DNA from: Candidatus Falkowbacteria bacterium GW2011_GWF2_43_32
GTDB taxonomy: Bacteria > Patescibacteriota > Patescibacteriia > Patescibacteriales > UBA12465
Direction of reading: 5' to 3'
DNA: 64,000 nucleotides
Assembly: GCA_000999715.1 (NCBI GenBank)
Contig: LCGL01000001.1
Span: 259,139-323,138 of the forward strand
The notes below the pieces were generated by a model. That model was not told the origin of the DNA, did no database searches, and saw only the letters and a program-made list of their open reading frames with translations. Positions 55,695 through 64,000 of the stretch are shown here, piece by piece (position 1 is the first letter of the stretch; each line of letters opens with the position of its first letter). Position numbers and translations under genes: made by a program.

Positions 55695-56936
55695 TTATTT
55701 GGTCGGAATCGGAAACTTGACACACAAATCTTGAACTCGTTTTTTGATGACATCCAGTGTTTCTTGATCGTCTTTATTGCGCAAAGCTTCATCAATATAT
55801 CCCGCCACCGCCAGAATTTCCTTTTCTTTCAAGCCGCGCGTCGTTACGGCCGGCGTCCCGATTCTGATACCCGAAGGGTTCAAGGGCGGATTCGGATCGT
55901 TCGGAATGGTGGAACGAGAAACCGATAAACCGATTTTTTCCAACACCTGTTCCGCCTCTTTGCCGGCCAAACCTTTATCGCTCAAATCCAAAATAAATAA
56001 ATGATTATCCGTGCCGCCGGAAACAATCCGATAACCGAGCCTGATAAATTCTTCGGCCATCGCTTGCGCGTTCAGAATGATTTGCCGGGCATATTCCTTA
56101 AACTCCGGTCGAAGCGCCTCGCCGAAAGCAATCGCTTTAGCGGCCGTAATATGATCATGCGGCCCGCCTTGCATGCCCGGAAAAACCGCCATATCCACCT
56201 GTTTGGCAAACTTTTCTTTACACATGATGATCGCTCCCCGCGGCCCGCGCAAAGTTTTATGCGTTGTCGTGGACACGACATCAAAAATCGGTACCGGATT
56301 TTTAATTTGCTTCGCCGCGATCAGCCCCGCAATGTGCGCAATGTCCGCAAAAGTATAGGCGCCGATTTCATCGGCGATATCTTTAAATTTTTGCCAATCA
56401 ATTTCCCGCGAATAAGCGCTAAACCCCGCCACAATCATTTTTGGTTTTTCTTTCAAAGCGATGGCGCGAACTTCGTCCATATCAATTCGTCCCGTAACCG
56501 GATTAACTCCATATTGAACGAAATTATATAAACGACCGGAAAAATTAACCTTATGTCCGTGCGAAAGATGACCGCCATGATCCAATCTCAAGCCCAAAAC
56601 CTTATCGCCCGGATTTAAAAAAGCCATATAAACCGCGGCATTGGCCGGCGAGCCGGACAAAGGTTGAACATTGACATGCTCGGCCTCAAATAATTTCTTG
56701 GCTCTTTCAATCGCCAAATTTTCCATTTCGTCAATCACCGCGTTACCGCCATAATAACGTTTTCCGGCATAACCTTCGCTGTATTTATTGGTCAACACCG
56801 TCGCCATGGCCTCCAAAACCGCCGGGGAAACATAATTCTCCGAAGCAATCAGCTCCAGTTCGTGATTTTGCCGCTCTTCTTCTTTTTTCACCACCTCCCA
56901 AACGGCCGAATCCTGTTGTAAACGGCTGTATTTCAT
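55695..56936 (-). CDS. glyA: serine hydroxymethyltransferase
   Basis: PLP site TTTHKTLRGPRG. 413 aa. Confidence 0.95.
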   Translation of the reverse strand: MKYSRLQQDSAVWEVVKKEEERQNHELELIASENYVSPAVLEAMATVLTNKYSEGYAGKRYYGGNAVIDEMENLAIERAKKLFEAEHVNVQPLSGSPANAAVYMAFLNPGDKVLGLRLDHGGHLSHGHKVNFSGRLYNFVQYGVNPVTGRIDMDEVRAIALKEKPKMIVAGFSAYSREIDWQKFKDIADEIGAYTFADIAHIAGLIAAKQIKNPVPIFDVVSTTTHKTLRGPRGAIIMCKEKFAKQVDMAVFPGMQGGPHDHITAAKAIAFGEALRPEFKEYARQIILNAQAMAEEFIRLGYRIVSGGTDNHLFILDLSDKGLAGKEAEQVLEKIGLSVSRSTIPNDPNPPLNPSGIRIGTPAVTTRGLKEKEILAVAGYIDEALRNKDDQETLDVIKKRVQDLCVKFPIPTK

Positions 56937-56965
56937 ATAAATTAAGTTAAACCGACACCTTTATC

Positions 56966-58657
56966 TTAGTTTAGAGAAGGCGGTTTGTCAAAATGCTTGC
57001 CGATAATTTTAACCATGTAATCGCCGCGACGCCGATAACCGAATTTCTTATAATAACCCCTCACGCCGACTCCGGAAATCACGGCTATTTTAAAGCCCGA
57101 CCGACCGTTCGTCCGCTTTTTTATTTTAGATCGATTTTTATCCGGACAAATTAATTCTTGTCCGGCAATTTTTTCCGCCTCATTCAATAATTTTCTGCCC
57201 CAACCGCTATGCTGAGTTTTTTTGTCGGCGCCGACAATTGTTTCTTCTCCGACGGAAGCCAATTCTCCATAAACATGCAGTTCGCGAATGATCGCCGGTG
57301 CAATCGGGCTGGACGAATCAATTCGCAAACGACAAAAGCCATATAAAGTTTTTCCGTCGCGACTGTCAACGCTGATAAAATATTCTGTGCCGGCGGAAGC
57401 CGGATATTTTACCACATTAATTTCGGCTGCGCCGATTTTTCCGTCTTTCACTTCGCGACAACGAATACAAGCGCATTTCACTCCCTGATCCTTCATCATC
57501 TGCCGCAAATTCGTAATTTTATTGCCGGCCACGATAGATTCGCCCGGAATATCGCGAATCAAACGAATAATCCGCACATATCTCGGAACGGCCGTCTTGC
57601 ATTTGACGATCAATTCCCGCAAAACCTTATCCGAATAAGGCTTATATTTTCCTTGTCGATACCAACGATACAATAAGCTCCCTTTCGTCACGACCGTGGG
57701 ATAGAATTTGATTTGATCAGGCTGAAATCTCTCGTCCACAAACAATTTCTTAAACATCGCCAAATCTTTCGCCGGCGTTGCGCCGGGGAGAGCCGGCATC
57801 AAATGATAAGTAACTTTAAAGCCGTATTTTTTTAAAGCGGCGGTCGCGACGGCGATGGCCGCTACGCCATGACCGCGTTTATTAAGTTTGAGAATCTTAT
57901 CATCAATCGCTTGCACTCCTATTTCCACTCGCGTACAGCCCAATTCCCGCATTTCGCGCAATTCCTCTTCATTAATATAATCCGGTCTGGTTTCTAAAGT
58001 CAGTCCGATAATCTTATAACGCGCTGTTTCATTTTTAACTTGTTCTTTTTTCAATTCTCGGCGTAAAATCGCCAAACTTAAGGTCTGCTTCGTTTTTTTT
58101 GTTCGTTCAGTCAATGATTTTTTAATTTTTTCGTAATCATTGGCCGCTTTAAAACAATTTAAAATATACCAATATTTATATTTGACCGGCAAATAACTCC
58201 AAGTACCGCCGATAACGATAATTTCAATCTTGGTCGGCTCGTGTCCATTATTTTCCAAAGCTCGCAACCGCGTCACGACCTGGCTATAAGGATCATAGCC
58301 GCAACGAATGGCTCTCATCACGGCCGGCTCATTGGACAAATAGCTGGTGGGTACGTCTTTTTCATGAGGACAATAAGCACACTGGCCGGGACAAGGATAT
58401 GATTTGGTCAAAACCGCCACCGGCGCGATTCCGGAAAGAGTACGCACCGAACGTTTCCGCAAAATACCCAAAAAAGCAGTCAACGGCGGAATTTTTCCGG
58501 CCGACAATAAAATCCGATATTCTTTTAAAATATCGGCATTAGAAATCGCCAATAAACCGTATTTTTTGCAAATCCTTCTTTTAACGGCTTCCAAATCATC
58601 GCGATTCTTCAAGTTTGGCGCACTATTTTTCAATAATTCGTTTATTGCCTCCGACAT
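56966..58657 (-). CDS. elp3: Elp3-like radical-SAM/GNAT enzyme (tRNA U34 carboxymethylation family)
   Basis: 563 aa. It has the radical-SAM cluster region VAVLTKSYPCPGQCAYCP, a TIM-like core and a C-terminal GNAT domain (TQHSGWGRKLLNEAEKIA). Confidence 0.75.
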   Translation of the reverse strand: MSEAINELLKNSAPNLKNRDDLEAVKRRICKKYGLLAISNADILKEYRILLSAGKIPPLTAFLGILRKRSVRTLSGIAPVAVLTKSYPCPGQCAYCPHEKDVPTSYLSNEPAVMRAIRCGYDPYSQVVTRLRALENNGHEPTKIEIIVIGGTWSYLPVKYKYWYILNCFKAANDYEKIKKSLTERTKKTKQTLSLAILRRELKKEQVKNETARYKIIGLTLETRPDYINEEELREMRELGCTRVEIGVQAIDDKILKLNKRGHGVAAIAVATAALKKYGFKVTYHLMPALPGATPAKDLAMFKKLFVDERFQPDQIKFYPTVVTKGSLLYRWYRQGKYKPYSDKVLRELIVKCKTAVPRYVRIIRLIRDIPGESIVAGNKITNLRQMMKDQGVKCACIRCREVKDGKIGAAEINVVKYPASAGTEYFISVDSRDGKTLYGFCRLRIDSSSPIAPAIIRELHVYGELASVGEETIVGADKKTQHSGWGRKLLNEAEKIAGQELICPDKNRSKIKKRTNGRSGFKIAVISGVGVRGYYKKFGYRRRGDYMVKIIGKHFDKPPSLN

Positions 58658-58751
58658 ACATTTAAGCTATAATTGAACTATCAATTTGAACTGTCAATCG
58701 TTCAATATTCACTTAACAATATAACATTTTTTTAAATTTAACAACACACAC

Positions 58752-59912
58752 TTGATTTCTATGAAAAACAAAATCTCAAAAATTTTTTGGTTATCGGTCT
58801 TGATTCTGGCGCCGGTATTGGCCGTCAACGCCGCCAACACCAAGGCCAGCGATTCCATTTATGTAGCCAAAGAAGAAATCGTCAGCGGCAATCTTTACGC
58901 CGTCGGCCAAACGATAATCATTGACGGCTCCATCAGCGGCGATTTAATCGCCGCGGCACAAACCATCACTGTCAACGGCCGAGTGGAGGGAGACGTTATC
59001 GCCGCCGCCCAAGATATTACGATTAACGGCGAAGTCGGCGGCAATATTCGTATTGCCGGCAATTCTCTGATTATCAACGGCTCGACTGTTCGCAACGTCA
59101 ATGCTTTCGGCAACAATATTGTCTTGGGCGCGGATTCACGCGTCGGCTGGGACGTCTATTTGGCCGGTGCCCGAGCCGAATTGCGCGGCATCGTTGACGG
59201 CGGATTCAGTGGCCATGTCGGACAATCTTTAATCACCGGAAAAATCGGCAAAAACGTTAATTTAAAATTAACCAGAGGACAAGTAAATCAAAATTTGGCC
59301 GTCACCGCCGAAGCGATCATCAACGGCGACCTTATTTATACTTCCAAGGAATCCGCTCAAATATCCGATAAGGCCGACATCGGCGGAAAAATAGAACAGA
59401 AAGAAAACAAACAAACGGAAACCAACCGATTTATCTCCTGGTTGTGGAGCAAATTGTTCGCCATTTTTTCAGCTTTAACGGTAGGCTTATTTCTGATATT
59501 CGTCTGTAAAAAATCCACCCCTAAAATTTTAAGCAAAATAGAAATGGCCCCGGTAAAAATGCTGGCGCCCGGATTGATAATCATGTTTATCCTGCCGCCG
59601 GCGGCCATCGTTTTGGCCTTTACCTTAATCGGTATTCCTTTAGCCGCCATTGTCGGTTTCGGTTGGATTGCGGCCGTTTATCTGGCAAAAATAATTACCG
59701 CCATTCTGGTCGGCCAATTGCTGATTAAAAAAGTTTTTCAAAAAGATGTTTCTTCTTTACTTTGGCCTCTCGTTTTGGGAGTGGTTCTCTGTTGGTTATT
59801 CTTTGCCATCCCTTTCGTCGGTTGGATTTTCGGCCTAATCGCCGTCTGGCTCGGCCTGGGAGGAATTTGGTTTCAACTTTCGGAACGTTCTAAAAATCCG
59901 GAAACGCTTTAA
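58752..59912 (+). CDS. bactofilin-repeat (beta-helix) protein with C-terminal polytopic membrane domain
   Basis: Signal/TM helix, then repeated V.G.V.GDVIAAAQ.ITING units, then 4-5 TM helices. Confidence 0.55.
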   Translation: MISMKNKISKIFWLSVLILAPVLAVNAANTKASDSIYVAKEEIVSGNLYAVGQTIIIDGSISGDLIAAAQTITVNGRVEGDVIAAAQDITINGEVGGNIRIAGNSLIINGSTVRNVNAFGNNIVLGADSRVGWDVYLAGARAELRGIVDGGFSGHVGQSLITGKIGKNVNLKLTRGQVNQNLAVTAEAIINGDLIYTSKESAQISDKADIGGKIEQKENKQTETNRFISWLWSKLFAIFSALTVGLFLIFVCKKSTPKILSKIEMAPVKMLAPGLIIMFILPPAAIVLAFTLIGIPLAAIVGFGWIAAVYLAKIITAILVGQLLIKKVFQKDVSSLLWPLVLGVVLCWLFFAIPFVGWIFGLIAVWLGLGGIWFQLSERSKNPETL

Positions 59913-59932
59913 ATTTTCTAATCGCCAATCTT

Positions 59933-61354
59933 ATGAACATCAATCCCAATATTTTCCGCGGCTACGATTTGCGCGGTCTGGTCAATAAAGATTTAAACCC
60001 CGATATCGTTGAACATTTGGGCAAAGCTTTCGGCACATACCTGAAAAGAAAAAATATTTTTAAGGCGGTCATCGGCCGCGATTGTCGAGCTACCAGTCCC
60101 GCCTACAGTGAAGCGATGATTAAAGGACTGCTCTGGACCGGAATTACGGTGGTAGATATCGGCCAAACCATGGTCGGCACTTTTTATTGGGCACAATATT
60201 ATTTGGATTGCGCTGCCGGAGTTTTTGTAACCGCTTCCCATAATCCGGCCGAGTATAACGGGTTCAAATTCGCCAACGGATTTTCAGAAACGTTGGTTAG
60301 CGACGGCATGCAAGAACTGCGTCACTTGGTAGAAACGGAAGACTATGAAGCCGGTCAAGAACCCGGAAAAATCAGTCAACAAAATATCCAAGATGTTTAT
60401 TTTGCGGATTTAAACAAGCGCCTACCGATTGCCAAAAAATTTAAAGTAGTCGTTGATGCCAGTTGTGCCACCCCCGGAGTCATCGTTCCCGATTTATTGC
60501 GTTACATCGGTTGTGAAGTCGTGGAAAGCAATTGTGAAATTGATGCCAGCTTCCCGATGGGCACTCCCGATCCGACCGAATTAGCTTTAGCCACTCGTTT
60601 AAGTCAGCGCGTCTTGCAAGAGAAAGCCGATATCGGCTTTTCTTACGATGCGGATGGCGATCGTATCGGCGTCGTGGACAATGAAGGAAAAATAATTTGG
60701 AACGATGTTTTGGTCGCGCTTTTCGCCGCTGATGTTTTGGCCCGACATCCGGGCGCCACCATTATGTTTAATACTTTATGTTCTCGAGTAGTAACGGAAA
60801 CGATTTTATCCCAGGGCGGCCATCCCTTTATGTGGCGAACCGGACACTCTTTCTTAAAAAAGAAGAACCAAGAAATCGGCGCCGCTTTCATCGGCGAATT
60901 GTCCGGACACTTCTTCTTTTCAAAAGATTTTTATAACCACGACGACGGCTGTTATTCCACTTTGCGTCTTTTGAGTTATTTGACGCGCACCGAACAATCT
61001 TTGGCGCAAGCCATCGCGGTCCTGCCTCGTTATATTTCCAGTCCGGAAATCAAAGTCGGTGCGGCCGACGATTTAAAAATCAATTTGGTGGAAAAAATTG
61101 CCGCCGTATTGAAAATTGACTGGCCGCAAGCCGAAGTAATTAACGACGAGCGGGCCGGAGACGGTGTCCGCTTGGAAATGCCGGATGCGATGTTCGTTGT
61201 TCGTTATTCTCAAAATGGCCCCTATCTGACAATCAAATTTGAAGCCAAAACCGAAGAACGTTATCAAGAATTAAAAAAATATATTAATACGCTGCTTCAT
61301 AAGTTCCCCGAAATAGACTGGAGTTTCGGGGTCAATACAGAAAGCTTGACCTGA
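59933..61354 (+). CDS. phosphomannomutase/phosphoglucomutase
   Basis: Active site TASHNPAEYNGFKF and Mg site DADGDR. 473 aa. Confidence 0.88.
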   Translation: MNINPNIFRGYDLRGLVNKDLNPDIVEHLGKAFGTYLKRKNIFKAVIGRDCRATSPAYSEAMIKGLLWTGITVVDIGQTMVGTFYWAQYYLDCAAGVFVTASHNPAEYNGFKFANGFSETLVSDGMQELRHLVETEDYEAGQEPGKISQQNIQDVYFADLNKRLPIAKKFKVVVDASCATPGVIVPDLLRYIGCEVVESNCEIDASFPMGTPDPTELALATRLSQRVLQEKADIGFSYDADGDRIGVVDNEGKIIWNDVLVALFAADVLARHPGATIMFNTLCSRVVTETILSQGGHPFMWRTGHSFLKKKNQEIGAAFIGELSGHFFFSKDFYNHDDGCYSTLRLLSYLTRTEQSLAQAIAVLPRYISSPEIKVGAADDLKINLVEKIAAVLKIDWPQAEVINDERAGDGVRLEMPDAMFVVRYSQNGPYLTIKFEAKTEERYQELKKYINTLLHKFPEIDWSFGVNTESLT

Positions 61355-61375
61355 CAAACAAAATTTAACTTGTCC

Positions 61376-61410
61376 AAAAAAACCGCGCTTTAAATCAACG
61401 CGGTTTTTTG
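61376..61410 (+). terminator. intrinsic terminator
   Basis: Stem AACCGCG/CGCGGTT followed by TTTTTG, preceded by an A run. Confidence 0.6.
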
Positions 61411-61523
61411 TTTTAAAAATATCGATTATTCCACCGTCACCGACTTGGTCGGAAGACCCCTTATGAGGTATTCTTTGAGAAGACAGGTGTTGCACTTCGA
61501 GTTTGAATGTACCCCATCTAGTC

Positions 61524-61552
61524 TTGACACATTTATTCAAATATGATATATT
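61524..61552 (+). promoter_or_regulatory. near-consensus promoter with extended -10
   Basis: TTGACA, 17-nt spacer, then TGaTATATT, 48 nt upstream of the ATG at 61600. Confidence 0.5.
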
Positions 61553-61599
61553 AGGAACTCAATAAATGTTCTTTACAACCAAATAAAAACTATAGCAAA

Positions 61600-62523
61600 A
61601 TGAAAAAGATAACAAACCCTATCAATCCCCGCCCCGCCGGGCGAATAAGCTGGAAAAACTTTCTCGGCAAATTATTAATTTCCGGAAAATTTTCTCGGCC
61701 AAGCTCCTCAAAAGAACAAGTAGAAAAACAAAAAATCAGGTACGCTTGGTTAAACGTTAAATATCGGGAGTTGGTCAGAGAACAGCAACGGCAAGCGGAA
61801 ATAATTAATCAACTGACGGAAGAAAACAAAAACTTAAATCAAGAAAAAGAAAATTTAACTTATCTTTTTTCCATGGTTTCCCATGATTTACGCGGCGCTT
61901 TTGGCACCACCCTGGGTATTTCCCGTCATATTGTCGACGGCAGAATGACCGAAACGAAAAAACGGGAATTTCTGAACCTCTTGCTCGTTTCGCAAGAAAA
62001 TAATTTTCAACTTCTGGACGATCTGCTCTCTTTGTCTCTGGTCCAATTAGGCAAACTGCCTTATATGCCCAGAACATTTAACCTGAGAGATAAGCTGACA
62101 AAAGTTATTCGCTTGTTGGATAACCGAAAGCAAATCAAAATAGAAAATACTGTCGGCCCGAAAATAGAAATTTTGGCCGATGAAGCCATGGTCGGAACTA
62201 TTTTGCAAAACTTTCTCACTAACGCGATAAAATTTACCAAGTCTCGCGGAACCGTTCAAATTTCCGTGGAAACTCTGAATAAATTGGCCAAAATTATTAT
62301 TGCCGACAACGGCATCGGTATGAATCAGGATACCCTGAAAAAAATCGCCGTCGCCAAACATCGTTCCACCCCGGGAACCGACAATGAAAAAGGCAGCGGG
62401 TTGGGGCTGTTAATCTGCCAAAAGATGGTTAAGAACTGGCAAGGAGAAATTTTTATTGAAAGCGAACCGAATAAGGGCAGCCGTTTTTCTTTTACGGTCC
62501 CTCTTTCCGAATTCGGAATATAA
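61600..62523 (+). CDS. soluble histidine kinase (HisKA + HATPase_c), no adjacent response regulator
   Basis: H box FSMVSHDLRGAF, N box LQNFLTNAIKF and G boxes DNGIGM / GSGLGL. No TM segment was seen. Confidence 0.8.
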   Translation: MKKITNPINPRPAGRISWKNFLGKLLISGKFSRPSSSKEQVEKQKIRYAWLNVKYRELVREQQRQAEIINQLTEENKNLNQEKENLTYLFSMVSHDLRGAFGTTLGISRHIVDGRMTETKKREFLNLLLVSQENNFQLLDDLLSLSLVQLGKLPYMPRTFNLRDKLTKVIRLLDNRKQIKIENTVGPKIEILADEAMVGTILQNFLTNAIKFTKSRGTVQISVETLNKLAKIIIADNGIGMNQDTLKKIAVAKHRSTPGTDNEKGSGLGLLICQKMVKNWQGEIFIESEPNKGSRFSFTVPLSEFGI

Positions 62524-62560
62524 TATCGGAAGTTTTCAAAAAACAAACAATCTAAACAAC

Positions 62561-62597
62561 AAAGCCTAATCTCTATAAAATATGATTAGGCTTTTTT
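62561..62597. terminator. bidirectional terminator between the kinase and phosphorylase genes
   Basis: Stem AGCCTAATC/GATTAGGCT followed by TTTTTT, preceded by AAA. Confidence 0.6.
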
Positions 62598-62651
62598 ATT
62601 AATTAATCTGATCGCCGCTTGACGATTGTTCTTACCCGTCGACTTGGCTCG

Positions 62652-64000
62652 CTATCGTCCATAGGCCTCCTTGATATACTGTTTCAAAACTCTTTCCGTG
62701 TTGAAAAATGAAGCGTTGCGGCCGATGACGGAACGCATCAGTTTATCCCATTTTTCCGGTTGATTATAATAAAGCGGCAAAATTTCTTTTTCCAATAAAG
62801 CATAAAGATTGTTCCGCCCGTCGGCTTCTTCTTTGATTGTCCAGCCCGTCCGATTTTTAACATAAGCTTCCGGCCACCATCCGTCCGGCGTGCTCAATTG
62901 CGGCACGCCATTGGCCGCCGCTTTCATGCCGCTGGTTCCCGAAGCTTCATGCGGAGGCAGTGGAGTGTTGAGCCATAAATCCACGCCGGCCACCAACAAT
63001 TTAGCCGTACTCATATCATAATCTTCCAAAAAAACCATTTTTATCCGGCCCGATAGTTCATCTTTAAAACGGCGAATTTGCCCGACCAGCTTTTGCCCGG
63101 CCGCATCCCGCGGATGAGCTTGTCCGGCATAAATAATTTGTATCTGCCCGCCTCGTGCTTGCGTCATTAACAATTGTTTAATGTCCCGAAACAACAGACC
63201 CGGTCTTTTATACGTCACCAAACGACGCGCGAACCCGACAGTAAAAACATTCTCCGCCAATTTTTCCGAGGATGTTGTGGCAACATATTTCAACAACCGA
63301 CGCTTGGCCAACCGATGTGCCGTCCGAATTTCCGTCAAAGGAATTTTTCTGGCCCGATGCAATAAATTATTCTTAAAACGCCAACCCGAAAAATATTTAT
63401 CGTATAACTTTTGAAACTCCGGCGCCGTCCAGGTCGGTAAATGCACTCCGTTGGTAATGGCTCTGATACGATAATCGGGCCAAAGCGCCGCAACCGTCGG
63501 CCGATGTTTTCGGGAAACCGTATTGGCGTAAGCGCTGAAGTAAAGAGCGACGCGTGTAAAATTAACTTGATGATTTTTTACCAGCTTATCCGAATCACCG
63601 GGAAAATCCGGTTGATGACGCAACAAATACGCCAACGGAAAAATATCTTGCGCTCCGGGAAGCGAGGTGTGCGTGGTAAAAACACAATGTCGTCGCGTCT
63701 CCCGAAGACGAGCCACAAAAGTCGTCGGAGGAAGATTCAAAAAAAATTCCACGGCAGCCAAAGCGCCGTGTCCCTCGTTGAGATGAATTTTTTTTATTTG
63801 ATTATAGCCCAAGGCTCGCAACATTCGCACTCCCGCCCGACCCAAAATAATTTCTTGTTTCAACCGATATTCCAAATCGCCGCCATATAATTCATCGGTT
63901 AATTTCCGATCGGCCGCTTCATTTTCTGGTCTGTCGGTATCCAAAAAATAAACCGGCGTCGTCGTTCCCGAGCGCGCCGGCAAAGAATATTTCCAAACTC
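62652..64000 (-). CDS. glgP: alpha-glucan (glycogen/maltodextrin) phosphorylase, GT35 family, N-terminus beyond window
   Basis: PLP-site region EASGTSGMKAAANG. The ORF stays open to the window end. Confidence 0.85.
   Translation of the reverse strand, partial: VWKYSLPARSGTTTPVYFLDTDRPENEAADRKLTDELYGGDLEYRLKQEIILGRAGVRMLRALGYNQIKKIHLNEGHGALAAVEFFLNLPPTTFVARLRETRRHCVFTTHTSLPGAQDIFPLAYLLRHQPDFPGDSDKLVKNHQVNFTRVALYFSAYANTVSRKHRPTVAALWPDYRIRAITNGVHLPTWTAPEFQKLYDKYFSGWRFKNNLLHRARKIPLTEIRTAHRLAKRRLLKYVATTSSEKLAENVFTVGFARRLVTYKRPGLLFRDIKQLLMTQARGGQIQIIYAGQAHPRDAAGQKLVGQIRRFKDELSGRIKMVFLEDYDMSTAKLLVAGVDLWLNTPLPPHEASGTSGMKAAANGVPQLSTPDGWWPEAYVKNRTGWTIKEEADGRNNLYALLEKEILPLYYNQPEKWDKLMRSVIGRNASFFNTERVLKQYIKEAYGR

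Overview
The window reads as a streamlined, gene-dense bacterial chromosome segment. It looks like a Patescibacteria/CPR-type genome. That is an inference from gene content only: intron-bearing 23S rRNA with LAGLIDADG ORFs, no adjacent 16S, a T4SS-pilin-like protein, archaeal-type PyrH, Elp3 and EndoQ-like genes, and low-complexity tails on RNA-binding proteins. No taxonomy search was possible.

Most of the window is housekeeping:
- Cell wall: murD, murI, a GlmU-N-like gene and two phosphohexomutases.
- Translation and RNA metabolism: rpsT, rpsO, pnp, rpsP, trmD, rbfA, infB, rny, rnc, nusB, rpmF, rpsA, smpB, tig, nusA.
- Other core functions: recA, recQ, ftsH, adk, hppA, gdh, trxA, folD, glyA.
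- RNA genes: nine tRNAs in three clusters, a tmRNA, and a 23S-5S rRNA unit on the minus strand.

The 23S gene carries two ORF-containing group I introns. It also lacks about 35 nt of the universally conserved peptidyl-transferase core.

The most interesting region is a visibly AT-rich island at about 36.3-40.05 kb, directly downstream of smpB-ssrA-tRNA-Leu-tRNA-Gly. It encodes an orphan P-loop ATPase, a trypsin-fold serine protease and a 389-aa protein of unknown fold. Each gene is followed by a copy of a 33-nt repeat and its own terminator. I cannot place this module in a named system and propose it as a candidate defence-type module.

Other notable items:
- A CsoR-type repressor with an operator palindrome inside a consensus promoter, upstream of trxA-gdh.
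- A bacterial Elp3 homologue in an apparent operon with glyA and folD.
- An EndoQ-like nuclease.
- Mutually exclusive hairpins between tRNA-Gly and the island.
- Several near-perfect sigma70/extended -10 promoters in front of small orphan genes.

All coordinates of RNA and regulatory features were derived by eye and may be off by a few nt.
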